A stretch of DNA of 60,160 bases from Spirochaetales bacterium (lineage in GTDB: Bacteria > Spirochaetota > Spirochaetia > JAIPGG01), in assembly GCA_021736255.1 (NCBI GenBank), contig JAIPGG010000006.1, positions 1 to 60,160 of the forward strand. Reading direction: 5' to 3'. The translations under genes were made by a program, and so were the position numbers. Within the stretch, counting starts at the first letter, position 1, and each line of letters starts with the position of its first letter. The notes under the pieces were generated by a model. The model saw nothing but the letters and a program-made list of their open reading frames with translations. It was not told where the DNA came from and made no database searches. Positions 10,035 to 19,695 of the stretch are shown here, piece by piece.

Positions 10035-10107
10035 ACGTTCATCCCTCTTTCAGTCCTCTTTCGGTCCCGAGGATACCCTTCGAGGGACTTCACTGCTGTA
10101 ACAAATG

Positions 10108-11901
10108 CTACCGTTTGAGGGAAACAATAGGGAGAAAAAGCTCAAGAAGATCCGGATCGAACGAACGTTTGCCCTCCGCCTTCATAAACTCAGTGGCTTT
10201 GTGAAAATCCATGCCCTTCCGGTACGGCCTGTCGTCGGTTATTGCATCCCACACATCGGCCAGGGCGATAATCCGGGCATAGAATGGAATAGCATCCCCC
10301 TCGAGTCCTTCCGGATATCCGCTGCCGTCCCACCGCTCATGATGGGAAAGGACCCCGCCCCGGACGGGGCCGTAGTTGGGAAGGTCCTGAAGTATCTCAA
10401 CCCCCCGAACCGGGTGTTCTTTGATCCGGGCAAATTCCTCGCCGGTCAAGCGTCCGGGTTTGTCCAGAATCTGTTCGGAGACGCCGATTTTTCCTATATC
10501 ATGGAGAAGAGCGGAAATTCGGACTTTCTTTCTGTCCATCTCGCTCAAGCCTGCCGACTCTGCAAGGCGTTCGGAGAGTTCTGCTACCCGTTCACTATGT
10601 CCCGCCGTCCATTTGGATTTGGCGTCTACCGTCCTTGTCAGAGCGGTTATCGATGCCAGATTGAGGGCTTCGTATTCTTCCACGGCCCGAACACTGCGGA
10701 AGGCAACCCCCACCTGGTCGGCAAGCATCCGAAGGGTTTCCTGCATTTTCCCGTTAAACTCGAAAAGATCGGGGCCTGCCAGCAGGAGAGCACCCTGAAA
10801 GTGATTATCTACGGTTATAGGGATACCCGTGAGCGCTGCGAGTTCTATTTCCTCCGGAAAAAAATCATGGTACGGGGCCGGAACAGCCGATCTCCCGCCG
10901 GTAATATGGAATTCCGTAGAGAGATCTTGTTCGGGAATAAAAACAGCCGGGGCCTCTTTTCCCTTTCGAGTCGAGGAAATAATCTCGAATTCTCCTTTGC
11001 CCCGGTGAATTGCTATAACGGCGGCGCTGCCGGGAATCCGTTCGGTGATAAAGCCCAGCACACGGTCTAAAAGCTCGCTCCGGGATATCGAGGAAAGCAC
11101 CGCCTTATCGATGAGGTTCATAACCTCCATCGCCTCTACCCGTCTTTGAATCTCCCCGGTCATGCTGTTTAGAGAATCTGAAAGCGACCCGAGTTCATCC
11201 TGTCGCCCACGGGGAAACCGGGCATCGAGATTCCCGGCGGCGACCTCTCCTGCAGTGCCCGCTAATCGGCGAATCGGCCGGGTAAAGCGGGTCGACAACA
11301 GCCTTGCCAGAACAAAGCCCACCAGAAAAAGCAGCCCCCCGAACAGGAGGATCACCCGGATGTTTTCTTTGACTACCTGCTCGAGCCCGGCACGATTGAG
11401 AGTCACCTCCAGAACATGCGTGGCCCGCTCCCCTTCCCAACCGAGGCCTGCATAGAGTTTGGGCCGGCTCTGAAAACCGAAAAACAAACCGCGGCGGGTA
11501 AGGGACTCCCCGCTCTCGAGCCGCTGCAGACGCCGGAGAAAAGCTTTTTCGTATTCTTCAGCAGCTTCCTCACCCTCCCGCAGCGGGATCATTTCGCAGC
11601 CTTCATCAAGAAAGCGAATCAGAACGACCTCGTCAACTATGCTCTCTTCCGGAGTGAAGATCCGGCCGATTCCCTGGTTCGCCCCTTTACCGAAATCATC
11701 CAGATTTACGACCTTCCGAAGGTATTCTGCCGGATCGGTACCCTCATACCTGCTAAAATTCTCCTGGATTGTACTGCTTACTTCAGAAAACATCAGGTAG
11801 GTATATATCATGCCCATACCGATAAACGTGAGATAGCCGATAATGAGGCCATAGAGAATAAAATATCCGGCGAGTTTGGCGGTCAGGGAAAAACGGATTA
11901 T
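10108..11901 (-). CDS. Membrane HAMP-GAF-HD-GYP c-di-GMP phosphodiesterase (probable ATA start at 11901; first ATG at 11817)
   Basis: HAMP (PIRRL..DELG), GHSERV, LLHDIGK, HHERWDGSGYP. The in-frame upstream extension IIRFSLTAKLAGYFILYGLIIGYLTFIG supplies the first TM helix. Confidence 0.88.
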   Translation of the reverse strand: MIRFSLTAKLAGYFILYGLIIGYLTFIGMGMIYTYLMFSEVSSTIQENFSRYEGTDPAEYLRKVVNLDDFGKGANQGIGRIFTPEESIVDEVVLIRFLDEGCEMIPLREGEEAAEEYEKAFLRRLQRLESGESLTRRGLFFGFQSRPKLYAGLGWEGERATHVLEVTLNRAGLEQVVKENIRVILLFGGLLFLVGFVLARLLSTRFTRPIRRLAGTAGEVAAGNLDARFPRGRQDELGSLSDSLNSMTGEIQRRVEAMEVMNLIDKAVLSSISRSELLDRVLGFITERIPGSAAVIAIHRGKGEFEIISSTRKGKEAPAVFIPEQDLSTEFHITGGRSAVPAPYHDFFPEEIELAALTGIPITVDNHFQGALLLAGPDLFEFNGKMQETLRMLADQVGVAFRSVRAVEEYEALNLASITALTRTVDAKSKWTAGHSERVAELSERLAESAGLSEMDRKKVRISALLHDIGKIGVSEQILDKPGRLTGEEFARIKEHPVRGVEILQDLPNYGPVRGGVLSHHERWDGSGYPEGLEGDAIPFYARIIALADVWDAITDDRPYRKGMDFHKATEFMKAEGKRSFDPDLLELFLPIVSLKR

Positions 11902-12323
11902 TGCTCACCCTCCAGATATTCGAGTTTGATAGAGGGCTCTTTTTGAGAGGGGTCCCCGGCTTTCATCCGGCGGTAGAAGCAGCTCGTCCGTGTATCTCCG
12001 CTGTTGTCCCGGGTGTGGCAGACCCCCGAACCGAGCAGTCGAACCCGGTAGACCAGGGTATCCTGATCACAATCTACAAGCACCTCCTCTACCCTCAGAT
12101 AGTCACCGGAGGTTTCTCCCTTGGTCCACTGGCTTTTTCTGCTTCTGCTCCAGAACGTGGCATAGCCTGTGTTCATTGTCTTTTCAATAGCAATGCGATC
12201 GGCGAAACCCAGCATGAGGACTCGCCCGTCTTCGCTGTTTTGAACGATGACCGGCAAAAGACCGTCCATTTTTTCGAAATCAGGCCGAAAAACGCTCCCC
12301 TCTTCCCGATTTTTATCACTCAT
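11898..12323 (-). CDS. hisI: Phosphoribosyl-AMP cyclohydrolase
   Basis: GLLPVIVQ, VLMLG, FWSRSR..WTKGETSG, DCDQD, CHT, SCFY. Confidence 0.95.
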   Translation of the reverse strand: MSDKNREEGSVFRPDFEKMDGLLPVIVQNSEDGRVLMLGFADRIAIEKTMNTGYATFWSRSRKSQWTKGETSGDYLRVEEVLVDCDQDTLVYRVRLLGSGVCHTRDNSGDTRTSCFYRRMKAGDPSQKEPSIKLEYLEGEQ

Positions 12324-12347
12324 CCCCGCTCCTTTGCTGTTTACAGT

Positions 12348-14708
12348 CTATACGAGTTCCGTATCGAAAAGGAAGGAAGACGTTTGTTCCTCTTTTCCGA
12401 GTTCCGGATGATCATATTTTGTTTTGTCGAAGAAAAATGCCGCGCCGTCGAGGGCAGGTTGCTCAACCGGCCTGTCGGGATACAGAATATACATTGCCGG
12501 ATCCTCGTCGTATTCGAGATAGAACCGCTTCCCCCTCGAATCGGTAACCCAGCCTGTTCCTGCAAGCTCGGCACGTGTTACGAAAATATGGGGGGCCCCA
12601 TAACGGTACTGTTCAATCTCTGTAAAATTCCCTGCGTTCCGTATTATTGATTGTATTGCTTCCGATTCCAGTTCGATCCAGGCCTGTACACGGCGGGCAC
12701 CGAGATCATGCAGTTCAGAGACAGCAAGACTGTTTGCCGCCTGAAGGGGAAATGAGGTACTGAGCTGCAAATCCTCTGCCCCGGCAAGATTGCTTCGAAA
12801 GAGCTCGAACTGATAGAGGGCTGTAACACGAAAGGAGCGAAAGCCTTTTTCATAGGCCTGCTTTAAACGATTCCCGAGATCCTCCAGCCCTGTTTCCGGA
12901 CAGAAAAAGGGCAGTTCGAGTTCAACACTTCTTCCAAGATCAATGTTGTGAATTGGAACACAAACAACGCCCTTAAAAGCGCCTCCTTCGGCAAACCGCT
13001 CCCTTTTACAAACCGGCGGCGCTTTATCGGCGGGCAGGTCGACATCCGTTCTATTCGCCAACAGCTCCTTCCACGACCAGGCGCCTCCCTCGGCAACCTC
13101 CGCATCTTTTTCTCCCGCCTTTTCGATTTGCCCGCTCGCCCATTCCCAAAACGTGCGCCGTATTGTTTTGAGCCTGCTCGCAGGAACAAACCAGTCCCCC
13201 TCTACCGCCGCTTCTATACGGCCGGCGCGTATCCAGCTGGTCCGGGTCTGCCGAAAAAGGGTTTCCAGCTGCTCTTTTTCCAAGGGCCTGTTTCTGGCGG
13301 GTTCGGATTCCAATTCAAAACTCCGCCGTCCTCCTGTCTCCTGACGATCCCGAACCGAGTACGCTGTCTCCAGCCGCTTCCCGTCGAAGCCGATCTCCAG
13401 ATCAACCACAATTCGCGGTTGGAAAAGCGGCATCCGATCCCTGTGAACCGAGAGCCCGGCTACGCTCTCTCCTATCTTGTAGAGGTAGTTGCCGGCCTGA
13501 ACCTCGGCCCGGCTTTCGATATATACCAGGCTGCTTTTGTTTCTGCCGCTCGAGGACGTTTTCTGTGGTTCCGTGAGCTGCTTCATCTTTACAACCGTAA
13601 AGGAGGGTCCCTCCTCTCCCTGCTTCGGCTGGATACGCAGCCTGTCACCGATGTTTACCGGCCGGGATAGTTCGGCAGTAAAACCGTCGGCGGTAACAGA
13701 TCGGACCCGCCCGACCAAAAGGCCCGACACTCCCGAAGCTGCAGGATTCACCAGCTCCTTTTTATCTGCTTCGGTCGCAAACCCATGGGACCAGCGTCTT
13801 CCGAAAGAACCGGCCAGTACGTTCTTCGCCTCAGAGAGCACCTCCTTCGGCAGACGGCTGCCGGGGTCTTCACCGACGGAATCCAAAACCATTCGGTAGG
13901 CCCGCACAACACGGGATACATAATCGGGCTTTTTCAGCCGTCCTTCTATCTTGAACGAGGCGACTCCGAGTCTGGTCAGGTGGTCGAGCATGTCCAGGAA
14001 GGAGAGGTCGTCCGGAGAAAAGAGGAAGCCGCTCTCCTTGTTTCCTTCATCATCCTGCCGGTAATACCGCCGCCTGCACGGCTGCTTGCACTTCCCCCGG
14101 TTCCCGCTCCAGCCCCCGATCCATGAGGAAAACAGACAGTTTCCCGAGAGCGAACAACAGAGAGCGCCGTGAACAAATACCTCGATCTCGGTATCCACCG
14201 CCGTCGTAATGCTCTCCAATTCATCAAGGGAAACCTGCCGTTCGAGTATTACCCTCCCGACTCCCAGACGGGAAAGCAGCTCTACTCCCGCGCTGTTGTG
14301 GGTCCCCATCTGAGTAGATGCATGGATTTCGGTCTCGGGCCAACGCTCCCGCAATAGCCGCAGCACCCCCAAATCCTGAATAATCACCGCGTCGGGTTCG
14401 AGTTTCATCACCTGGGCGAGGTCCTCGGCTGCCTCCTCGAGCTCACCGTCCTTGATGAGGGTGTTAAAGGTCAAATGGAAGCGTTTGCCGTGTTCCTTTG
14501 TATAGGCAGAGAGCCTGGAAAGGTCGTCCCAGTCGAAATTGCGGCCCATCTCGCGGGCGTTGAAACGGCTGAGACCTGCGTACACCGCATCGGCCCCGGC
14601 CTCGAAGGCAGCTAATGCGCTCTCGAGGGTCCCGGCAGGGGCGAGGAGTTCGGGCGGTCTCTGTGGTTTGTTCACATCAGACCCGGAGGTATCACCTGTT
14701 GCACTCAT
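12348..14708 (-). CDS. Peptidase U32 family Fe-S protein (long, RlhA-like RNA hydroxylase candidate)
   Basis: PELLAPAG, GADAVY, HASTQ, EVFVHGALCCSLSGNC...NRGKCKQPCR, KIEGR. Confidence 0.85.
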   Translation of the reverse strand: MSATGDTSGSDVNKPQRPPELLAPAGTLESALAAFEAGADAVYAGLSRFNAREMGRNFDWDDLSRLSAYTKEHGKRFHLTFNTLIKDGELEEAAEDLAQVMKLEPDAVIIQDLGVLRLLRERWPETEIHASTQMGTHNSAGVELLSRLGVGRVILERQVSLDELESITTAVDTEIEVFVHGALCCSLSGNCLFSSWIGGWSGNRGKCKQPCRRRYYRQDDEGNKESGFLFSPDDLSFLDMLDHLTRLGVASFKIEGRLKKPDYVSRVVRAYRMVLDSVGEDPGSRLPKEVLSEAKNVLAGSFGRRWSHGFATEADKKELVNPAASGVSGLLVGRVRSVTADGFTAELSRPVNIGDRLRIQPKQGEEGPSFTVVKMKQLTEPQKTSSSGRNKSSLVYIESRAEVQAGNYLYKIGESVAGLSVHRDRMPLFQPRIVVDLEIGFDGKRLETAYSVRDRQETGGRRSFELESEPARNRPLEKEQLETLFRQTRTSWIRAGRIEAAVEGDWFVPASRLKTIRRTFWEWASGQIEKAGEKDAEVAEGGAWSWKELLANRTDVDLPADKAPPVCKRERFAEGGAFKGVVCVPIHNIDLGRSVELELPFFCPETGLEDLGNRLKQAYEKGFRSFRVTALYQFELFRSNLAGAEDLQLSTSFPLQAANSLAVSELHDLGARRVQAWIELESEAIQSIIRNAGNFTEIEQYRYGAPHIFVTRAELAGTGWVTDSRGKRFYLEYDEDPAMYILYPDRPVEQPALDGAAFFFDKTKYDHPELGKEEQTSSFLFDTELV

Positions 14709-17200
14709 TTTATCTGATCACCACCGTGCCGGCCGCTGTCCCTTTCCAAAGCGGTATCCGATAATCCTATTGACGGATCCCAGTAGAGCGGCCTGTCCCT
14801 GCCGAATTCCTGCAGAAGTTTTTCTGCTTCGACTGCCTCCCTCAGTTCGCCGGGAAGGGCCTCTAGGACCGCCTCTTTCATCCTCTCCTCCGACAAGGCG
14901 CTGAAAAGCCGAAAGAAACGGAACAGCCCTGAATCTGCCGGGAGGTACTCATCCACCAGCACGGGCCGACCGGTCTGTTCTTCGATATAGGAAAGGGCAT
15001 CCATCAAGCTTCCGGTATCATCAATGAGTCCGGCTTCTTTCGCCTGCCTGCCGGTCCATATCCGTCCCCCCGCCAAATCTTCCAGTCTTTCGGAATCGAT
15101 ATCTCTCGTTTTTGAAACCACCGAGAGAAAACGGCGGTAGTGCTCCTCAACAGATTCCTGAAGTCGAGCCACTTCTGTTTCGGAGGGTTCGATCATGGGG
15201 TCGAGCATATCAGCATTTTCGGAGGTCTTCACTGTGTCCCTGTTGATGTGAAACCTTTCGAGAAGTCCCTGGAAGCTCGGACGCAGCATAACCACTCCTA
15301 TGGATCCGGTCTTACTCGTCGGTGCGGCAATAATATGATCGGCGGCAGTGGCGATGTAATATCCGCCGGAGGCAGCAATCCGTCCCATGGATACCACCAG
15401 AAGCTTGTCGGTTTCATCAACAAATTTCTCGAGCGAACGGTATATCAAATCAGAAGCAAAAGCGCTCCCTCCTCCCGAGTTGATTCGCAAAAGAACCGCC
15501 TGATACCTGTCGTCCCGGCCGAGCCTGTCCAGGAGCTCGGGAAAATCATCCGAACCTATGGTCCCTTCCTCGCTTTCGGCCTTGACGATATCCCCTTCCG
15601 CATAGACCAGGGCTACCCGGCTGTATTCACTGTCGGCCCAGTCGTAACGGAGAGGTTCCGGCAGGCGCGGATCAACTACTGAAAGCCCTTCGAGTTCATC
15701 CTCCAGCCAGGAATCGAACTCCTCTTCGTACATCAGCCGATCCACGATTCCAGCATCCACAGCCGATCGGGCGGTCATGTAGGGCCCTTCGGATATGACC
15801 TTCTCGGCCCCGCCGGCCAGCCGTTCACCCCGCCCCCGGGAAACCAGCTCGAGATAGTAGCCCTGCAGACTCTCCAGGTAGGAGGAGAGGTTTTTCCGCT
15901 CTTCCTCGGGCATCCCGGCTTCCGACAGAAAGTTTCCGAAACTCTTTGCGGGGGACGACCTGAAATTGTAGACCTCCACCCCCCACTCGGCCAGGAGATC
16001 CCGGAGGTACAATCGGCTCATCGACAATCCGCGCACCTCGGCAAAGCCCCGGGGATTGAGCACCAGGGTATCGGCAAGGGAGGCGAGCATGGGATACTCG
16101 AAATTGTAGATCTCATCCATATAAACAATGATTCGGGTTCCCCGCCGCTTCATGTTCTGCAGGGTATCGAGGAAGGCCTCACGCTGCGCCATCCCGGCAA
16201 ACAGGTGCTGATTCCGAATGACTACGGCCTCGACGTTTTCCTGGGCCTCAAGTCGCTCGAGCCACTTCCCGTACTCGTAGACCCCAACCCGCCGGCCGGG
16301 GACGAAAGACTCCATCGGCAAAGACCACGTTCGAAATTCTTCGAGGTAGACGTCATCCTCCAGCTCATAGGCCCGGGGCCTTTGAGAGGGAAGAAAACTC
16401 CTGTGCTTATCAACGTGGAGAAAGAGTTTGTTCTCGAGTCTCCGGTTGTTTTCTCTTACGATTGCCCGGGAACCTGCGGTACCTCGGAAGAGAGAGAGAG
16501 ACAGGCCTGCAAACCAGCTTTTATCTTCGAAATCGTATCCTCCCCGCAGCAGCACTCCATCTGCCGGTTCGGTCTCCAGAACAGCCGAAGGGAGACGGAA
16601 GGCTCCCTCACTATTCATCACGGTGTCCACCCCTACAGACAAGCGGCTGCCCCAGTATTTGTCAAAAAAGAGGGGCCTCACCCCTAGTCCGAAAATATAT
16701 TCCGGATTAGCCTCCAAGGACAGTCCCCGTACAACCGAGCTTACCGATAAAGCTGCGTGGGGACGAAAGAGAAGCCCGATATCACTCTGCGCCTGATAAT
16801 TCTCGATATCCATTCCGCTGGTGCCCGAAAGCCTTCCGGAAAAACCGATGGAGAACGGTTCCGCCGGCTGAACAGCAAAGGTGAACCGATGACCCATCAG
16901 TCCATTGAAATACTCATAATCATAGGCAAAAGGAGCAAAGGCCAAATGCAGACCGAAATCTTCAAAAACCTCTTCACTGTTTCCAGGCGGATTTTCGAGA
17001 TCGATCCCCTGGCGAACACCCAATCCATTGCCGAGTCCTGTTGCAAGTGCGGCGGGATTGTTCCGGTAATCGAGACTCCTGTCATATACGGCGCTCCCGA
17101 AGGAGCCGTTCTGCTGGGTAAACCCGGGGAAAGTCATTACCGTAAAAAACACGAGAAACGATCCAAAAACCAACGAGCTACGGAAAAAAAAGCTTCTCAT
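14705..17200 (-). CDS. sppA: Signal peptide peptidase SppA (tandem S49) with a long N-terminal extension
   Basis: RINSGGGS, AASGGYY, TGSIGV, GGRIWTG..A..GLID. Signal peptide from ATG 17200. Confidence 0.85.
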   Translation of the reverse strand: MRSFFFRSSLVFGSFLVFFTVMTFPGFTQQNGSFGSAVYDRSLDYRNNPAALATGLGNGLGVRQGIDLENPPGNSEEVFEDFGLHLAFAPFAYDYEYFNGLMGHRFTFAVQPAEPFSIGFSGRLSGTSGMDIENYQAQSDIGLLFRPHAALSVSSVVRGLSLEANPEYIFGLGVRPLFFDKYWGSRLSVGVDTVMNSEGAFRLPSAVLETEPADGVLLRGGYDFEDKSWFAGLSLSLFRGTAGSRAIVRENNRRLENKLFLHVDKHRSFLPSQRPRAYELEDDVYLEEFRTWSLPMESFVPGRRVGVYEYGKWLERLEAQENVEAVVIRNQHLFAGMAQREAFLDTLQNMKRRGTRIIVYMDEIYNFEYPMLASLADTLVLNPRGFAEVRGLSMSRLYLRDLLAEWGVEVYNFRSSPAKSFGNFLSEAGMPEEERKNLSSYLESLQGYYLELVSRGRGERLAGGAEKVISEGPYMTARSAVDAGIVDRLMYEEEFDSWLEDELEGLSVVDPRLPEPLRYDWADSEYSRVALVYAEGDIVKAESEEGTIGSDDFPELLDRLGRDDRYQAVLLRINSGGGSAFASDLIYRSLEKFVDETDKLLVVSMGRIAASGGYYIATAADHIIAAPTSKTGSIGVVMLRPSFQGLLERFHINRDTVKTSENADMLDPMIEPSETEVARLQESVEEHYRRFLSVVSKTRDIDSERLEDLAGGRIWTGRQAKEAGLIDDTGSLMDALSYIEEQTGRPVLVDEYLPADSGLFRFFRLFSALSEERMKEAVLEALPGELREAVEAEKLLQEFGRDRPLYWDPSIGLSDTALERDSGRHGGDQIK

Positions 17201-17465
17201 CTGTCCCCCTCTGTTCATCATGGCAACCCGAGAGAAAAAAGGCAAGAGAATGCTTCGACAGGACAAAGGCCTTCTGTATAAATCAAAGGTTGCAATACCG
17301 GCGCTTTTCGTTTTTACAGGATTTGGCAGGCTTTATTTCCGTATTTTGCAAATATCTACCAAATTTTCTTCATTTTTTTGAATATTTCAGCATTGTTTAA
17401 TGAAGAATCGGCACGTATCATGGAAAAATCAGAGCTGTGTCACCCATATAACCAACCCCTCTGCA

Positions 17466-17494
17466 TTGACAGCAGAAAAAACCGGACATACAAT
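17466..17494 (+). promoter_or_regulatory. Sigma70-type promoter of the peptidase/Dpp operon
   Basis: TTGACA (17466-17471), 17-nt spacer, TACAAT (17489-17494). Confidence 0.7.
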
Positions 17495-17533
17495 TTTATC
17501 CATAATTTTATATATAGCAACAGGAGCTAACGT

Positions 17534-19657
17534 ATGTCGGCTCATGAAAAAAAGTTATCTACTGTCTTTTCTCCATACCGCAGCAATATAGACATACACT
17601 ACGGTTACCGGCTTGCAACAGACCTTTCCCGCATCGGCAACAGCAGTCTCGGAGGCAGACAGGCCGGAAGCCGGGCCGACAGAGAAGCAACCCGATACCT
17701 CCATCATGAAATGAACCGGATCGGCCTTTCCAAGGTCCGCCGCGAGGCATTTCCTGTTGATTCTTGGGAATTTCGAGGGGCCCGTCTCACCATTACAAAA
17801 GGCGGGGGGGAAAGAACTATCTATCCCTACTCGTATGCTTCCGGGGGAACGGACAGGGAGGGCATTACCGGCGAGCTAATTTACGCCGGCAAGGGAAGGC
17901 GCCGGGACTACGAAAATCTGAATGTCCGGGGAAAAATTGTCCTCATAGATATCGATATGGAAAACGACTGGTGGATCAACTACCCCAGTCTCGAAGCGGC
18001 GCATCAGGGCGCAGCGGCCCTTATCAACAATTGTGTAGAGGGGTACGGCCAGTACAACGACAGGACCATGAACACCCAGGATTTCTGCGGACCGGTTACC
18101 ATCCCCTCGGTTAATGTCAGCCGGGCTGATGCTGAGTATCTGAAAGGACTCATCCAGGAGGGCAATCCGGAGATCAATCTGCAGGTAGACAACGAAGTAA
18201 AACCGAATGGAACGAGCTGGAACATCGTTGGAGAGATACCCGGAGAAACCGCTGAAACCCGAATCATTGTCGGAGATCATCATGACTGTCATTTTTACGG
18301 CTTCCAGGACAACAACACCGGGGTAGCTGCAGCCCTGACCATCGCCAAGGCTATGATCGACTCTGACTACCGGCCCTATCACACCCTGATATTCGTCCTC
18401 CACGGCGCAGAAGAATGGGGGGCCATCGATAACCGCTACGACTGGCAGGTAGGGGCATGGCACCAGATTCACACCCTTCATCCCGAATGGATCGGGTCGA
18501 CCCTTGCCTTCATAAACTTCGAAATGCCCGGCATGGCAGGAGGCGAACGATTTGTTACTCATGCCACCCCCGAATTCCATTCCTTTCTCCAGGATACCTA
18601 CCGGCAGGCGGAAGAGATGGGACTGGAGGTTTCCGAACAATTCGCCGAGGGCTTCGGCTGCGAGGATCCACTTCTTACAACATGGTCCGATGCATGGACC
18701 TATGCTTCGGGGGGAATCCCCTCTTTCGAAAACTATGCAGGCTATCGCGAAGGCGACACCGCTTTCTCGCGCAATATTTATCATTCGAACTACGACACCC
18801 CGGAACTCTTCCAATCGGCCGCCTTTGATTTCAATGTTGCCTTTTACGGATTGCTGGCTATGGTTCTCGACCGTATGGGACTTATTCCCCTCGATTTCCG
18901 CGCCCAAGCCGACAGAATCGATTCAGCGGCAAACTACCGGCTCATGGAAGAGGCGGCAGGAAAGCCTGATGTCGAGGCATTCAAAAAAGCCCTTTCCGAA
19001 TTCCGCGAGGCCGCTGCCGCGCTGTACGAACAGACCATCCCGGCGGCAGCAGCCGCTGCGGCGCAAGGTACGGGGCCGAACAGCAATTCGGAACCCACCT
19101 CCGCCGAGAGAAAAACAATCGACCGGCTCCGGCGTCTTGGGCCCGACAAACTCAAGAGTCTCAACCGCCGTATCCTCGAGGCGTTTGGAGCCTTTCAGGA
19201 CGGGCTGGTACGACTCGACTGGGAAGACAGTCAGGCCTACCGTTTCGAACAGAAACAGAGAAACATACCTCCCTTGGAGCAGGCACTCCGGCATATAGAA
19301 TCCGGCAACAGGGAAGCCGCCGCCGAGGCGCTCTCCCGGGTCGATAACAACGCATATGCCCTCTATTTTTCCCGTCCGGTTGTTCAACATGAATACGAAC
19401 AGATTTTCGGGAAAATGAACGAGGGAAAACTGTTCTGGGGGACAGGCAAACTTTCAGGCTACATAGATTTTTACGATGCCATAGCCTCTCTTCAGGGCCG
19501 CAGTCCGGAAGAGTACGCTGCCGGCGAATTCGTATCGAAGAATTACGAAAAGGAAAAACAGCAATTAAAGGAAGAGGTGCAGGAAAGCACTCAACAGATG
19601 GAAGAGGTAACGGAAGCCTTGTTCAGTATCGTCCGGGACACCAATCAGGGTTGGTGA
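17534..19657 (+). CDS. M28-family metallopeptidase/amidohydrolase with a PA domain
   Basis: GDHHD, QDNNTG, GAEEWG, INFE, YHSNYD; PA domain GELIYAG..VRGKIVL. No obvious signal peptide. Confidence 0.85.
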   Translation: MSAHEKKLSTVFSPYRSNIDIHYGYRLATDLSRIGNSSLGGRQAGSRADREATRYLHHEMNRIGLSKVRREAFPVDSWEFRGARLTITKGGGERTIYPYSYASGGTDREGITGELIYAGKGRRRDYENLNVRGKIVLIDIDMENDWWINYPSLEAAHQGAAALINNCVEGYGQYNDRTMNTQDFCGPVTIPSVNVSRADAEYLKGLIQEGNPEINLQVDNEVKPNGTSWNIVGEIPGETAETRIIVGDHHDCHFYGFQDNNTGVAAALTIAKAMIDSDYRPYHTLIFVLHGAEEWGAIDNRYDWQVGAWHQIHTLHPEWIGSTLAFINFEMPGMAGGERFVTHATPEFHSFLQDTYRQAEEMGLEVSEQFAEGFGCEDPLLTTWSDAWTYASGGIPSFENYAGYREGDTAFSRNIYHSNYDTPELFQSAAFDFNVAFYGLLAMVLDRMGLIPLDFRAQADRIDSAANYRLMEEAAGKPDVEAFKKALSEFREAAAALYEQTIPAAAAAAAQGTGPNSNSEPTSAERKTIDRLRRLGPDKLKSLNRRILEAFGAFQDGLVRLDWEDSQAYRFEQKQRNIPPLEQALRHIESGNREAAAEALSRVDNNAYALYFSRPVVQHEYEQIFGKMNEGKLFWGTGKLSGYIDFYDAIASLQGRSPEEYAAGEFVSKNYEKEKQQLKEEVQESTQQMEEVTEALFSIVRDTNQGW

Positions 19658-19695
19658 TGCCCCGAATAGATAAAATCTTTTCAGGAGGTAACGGT

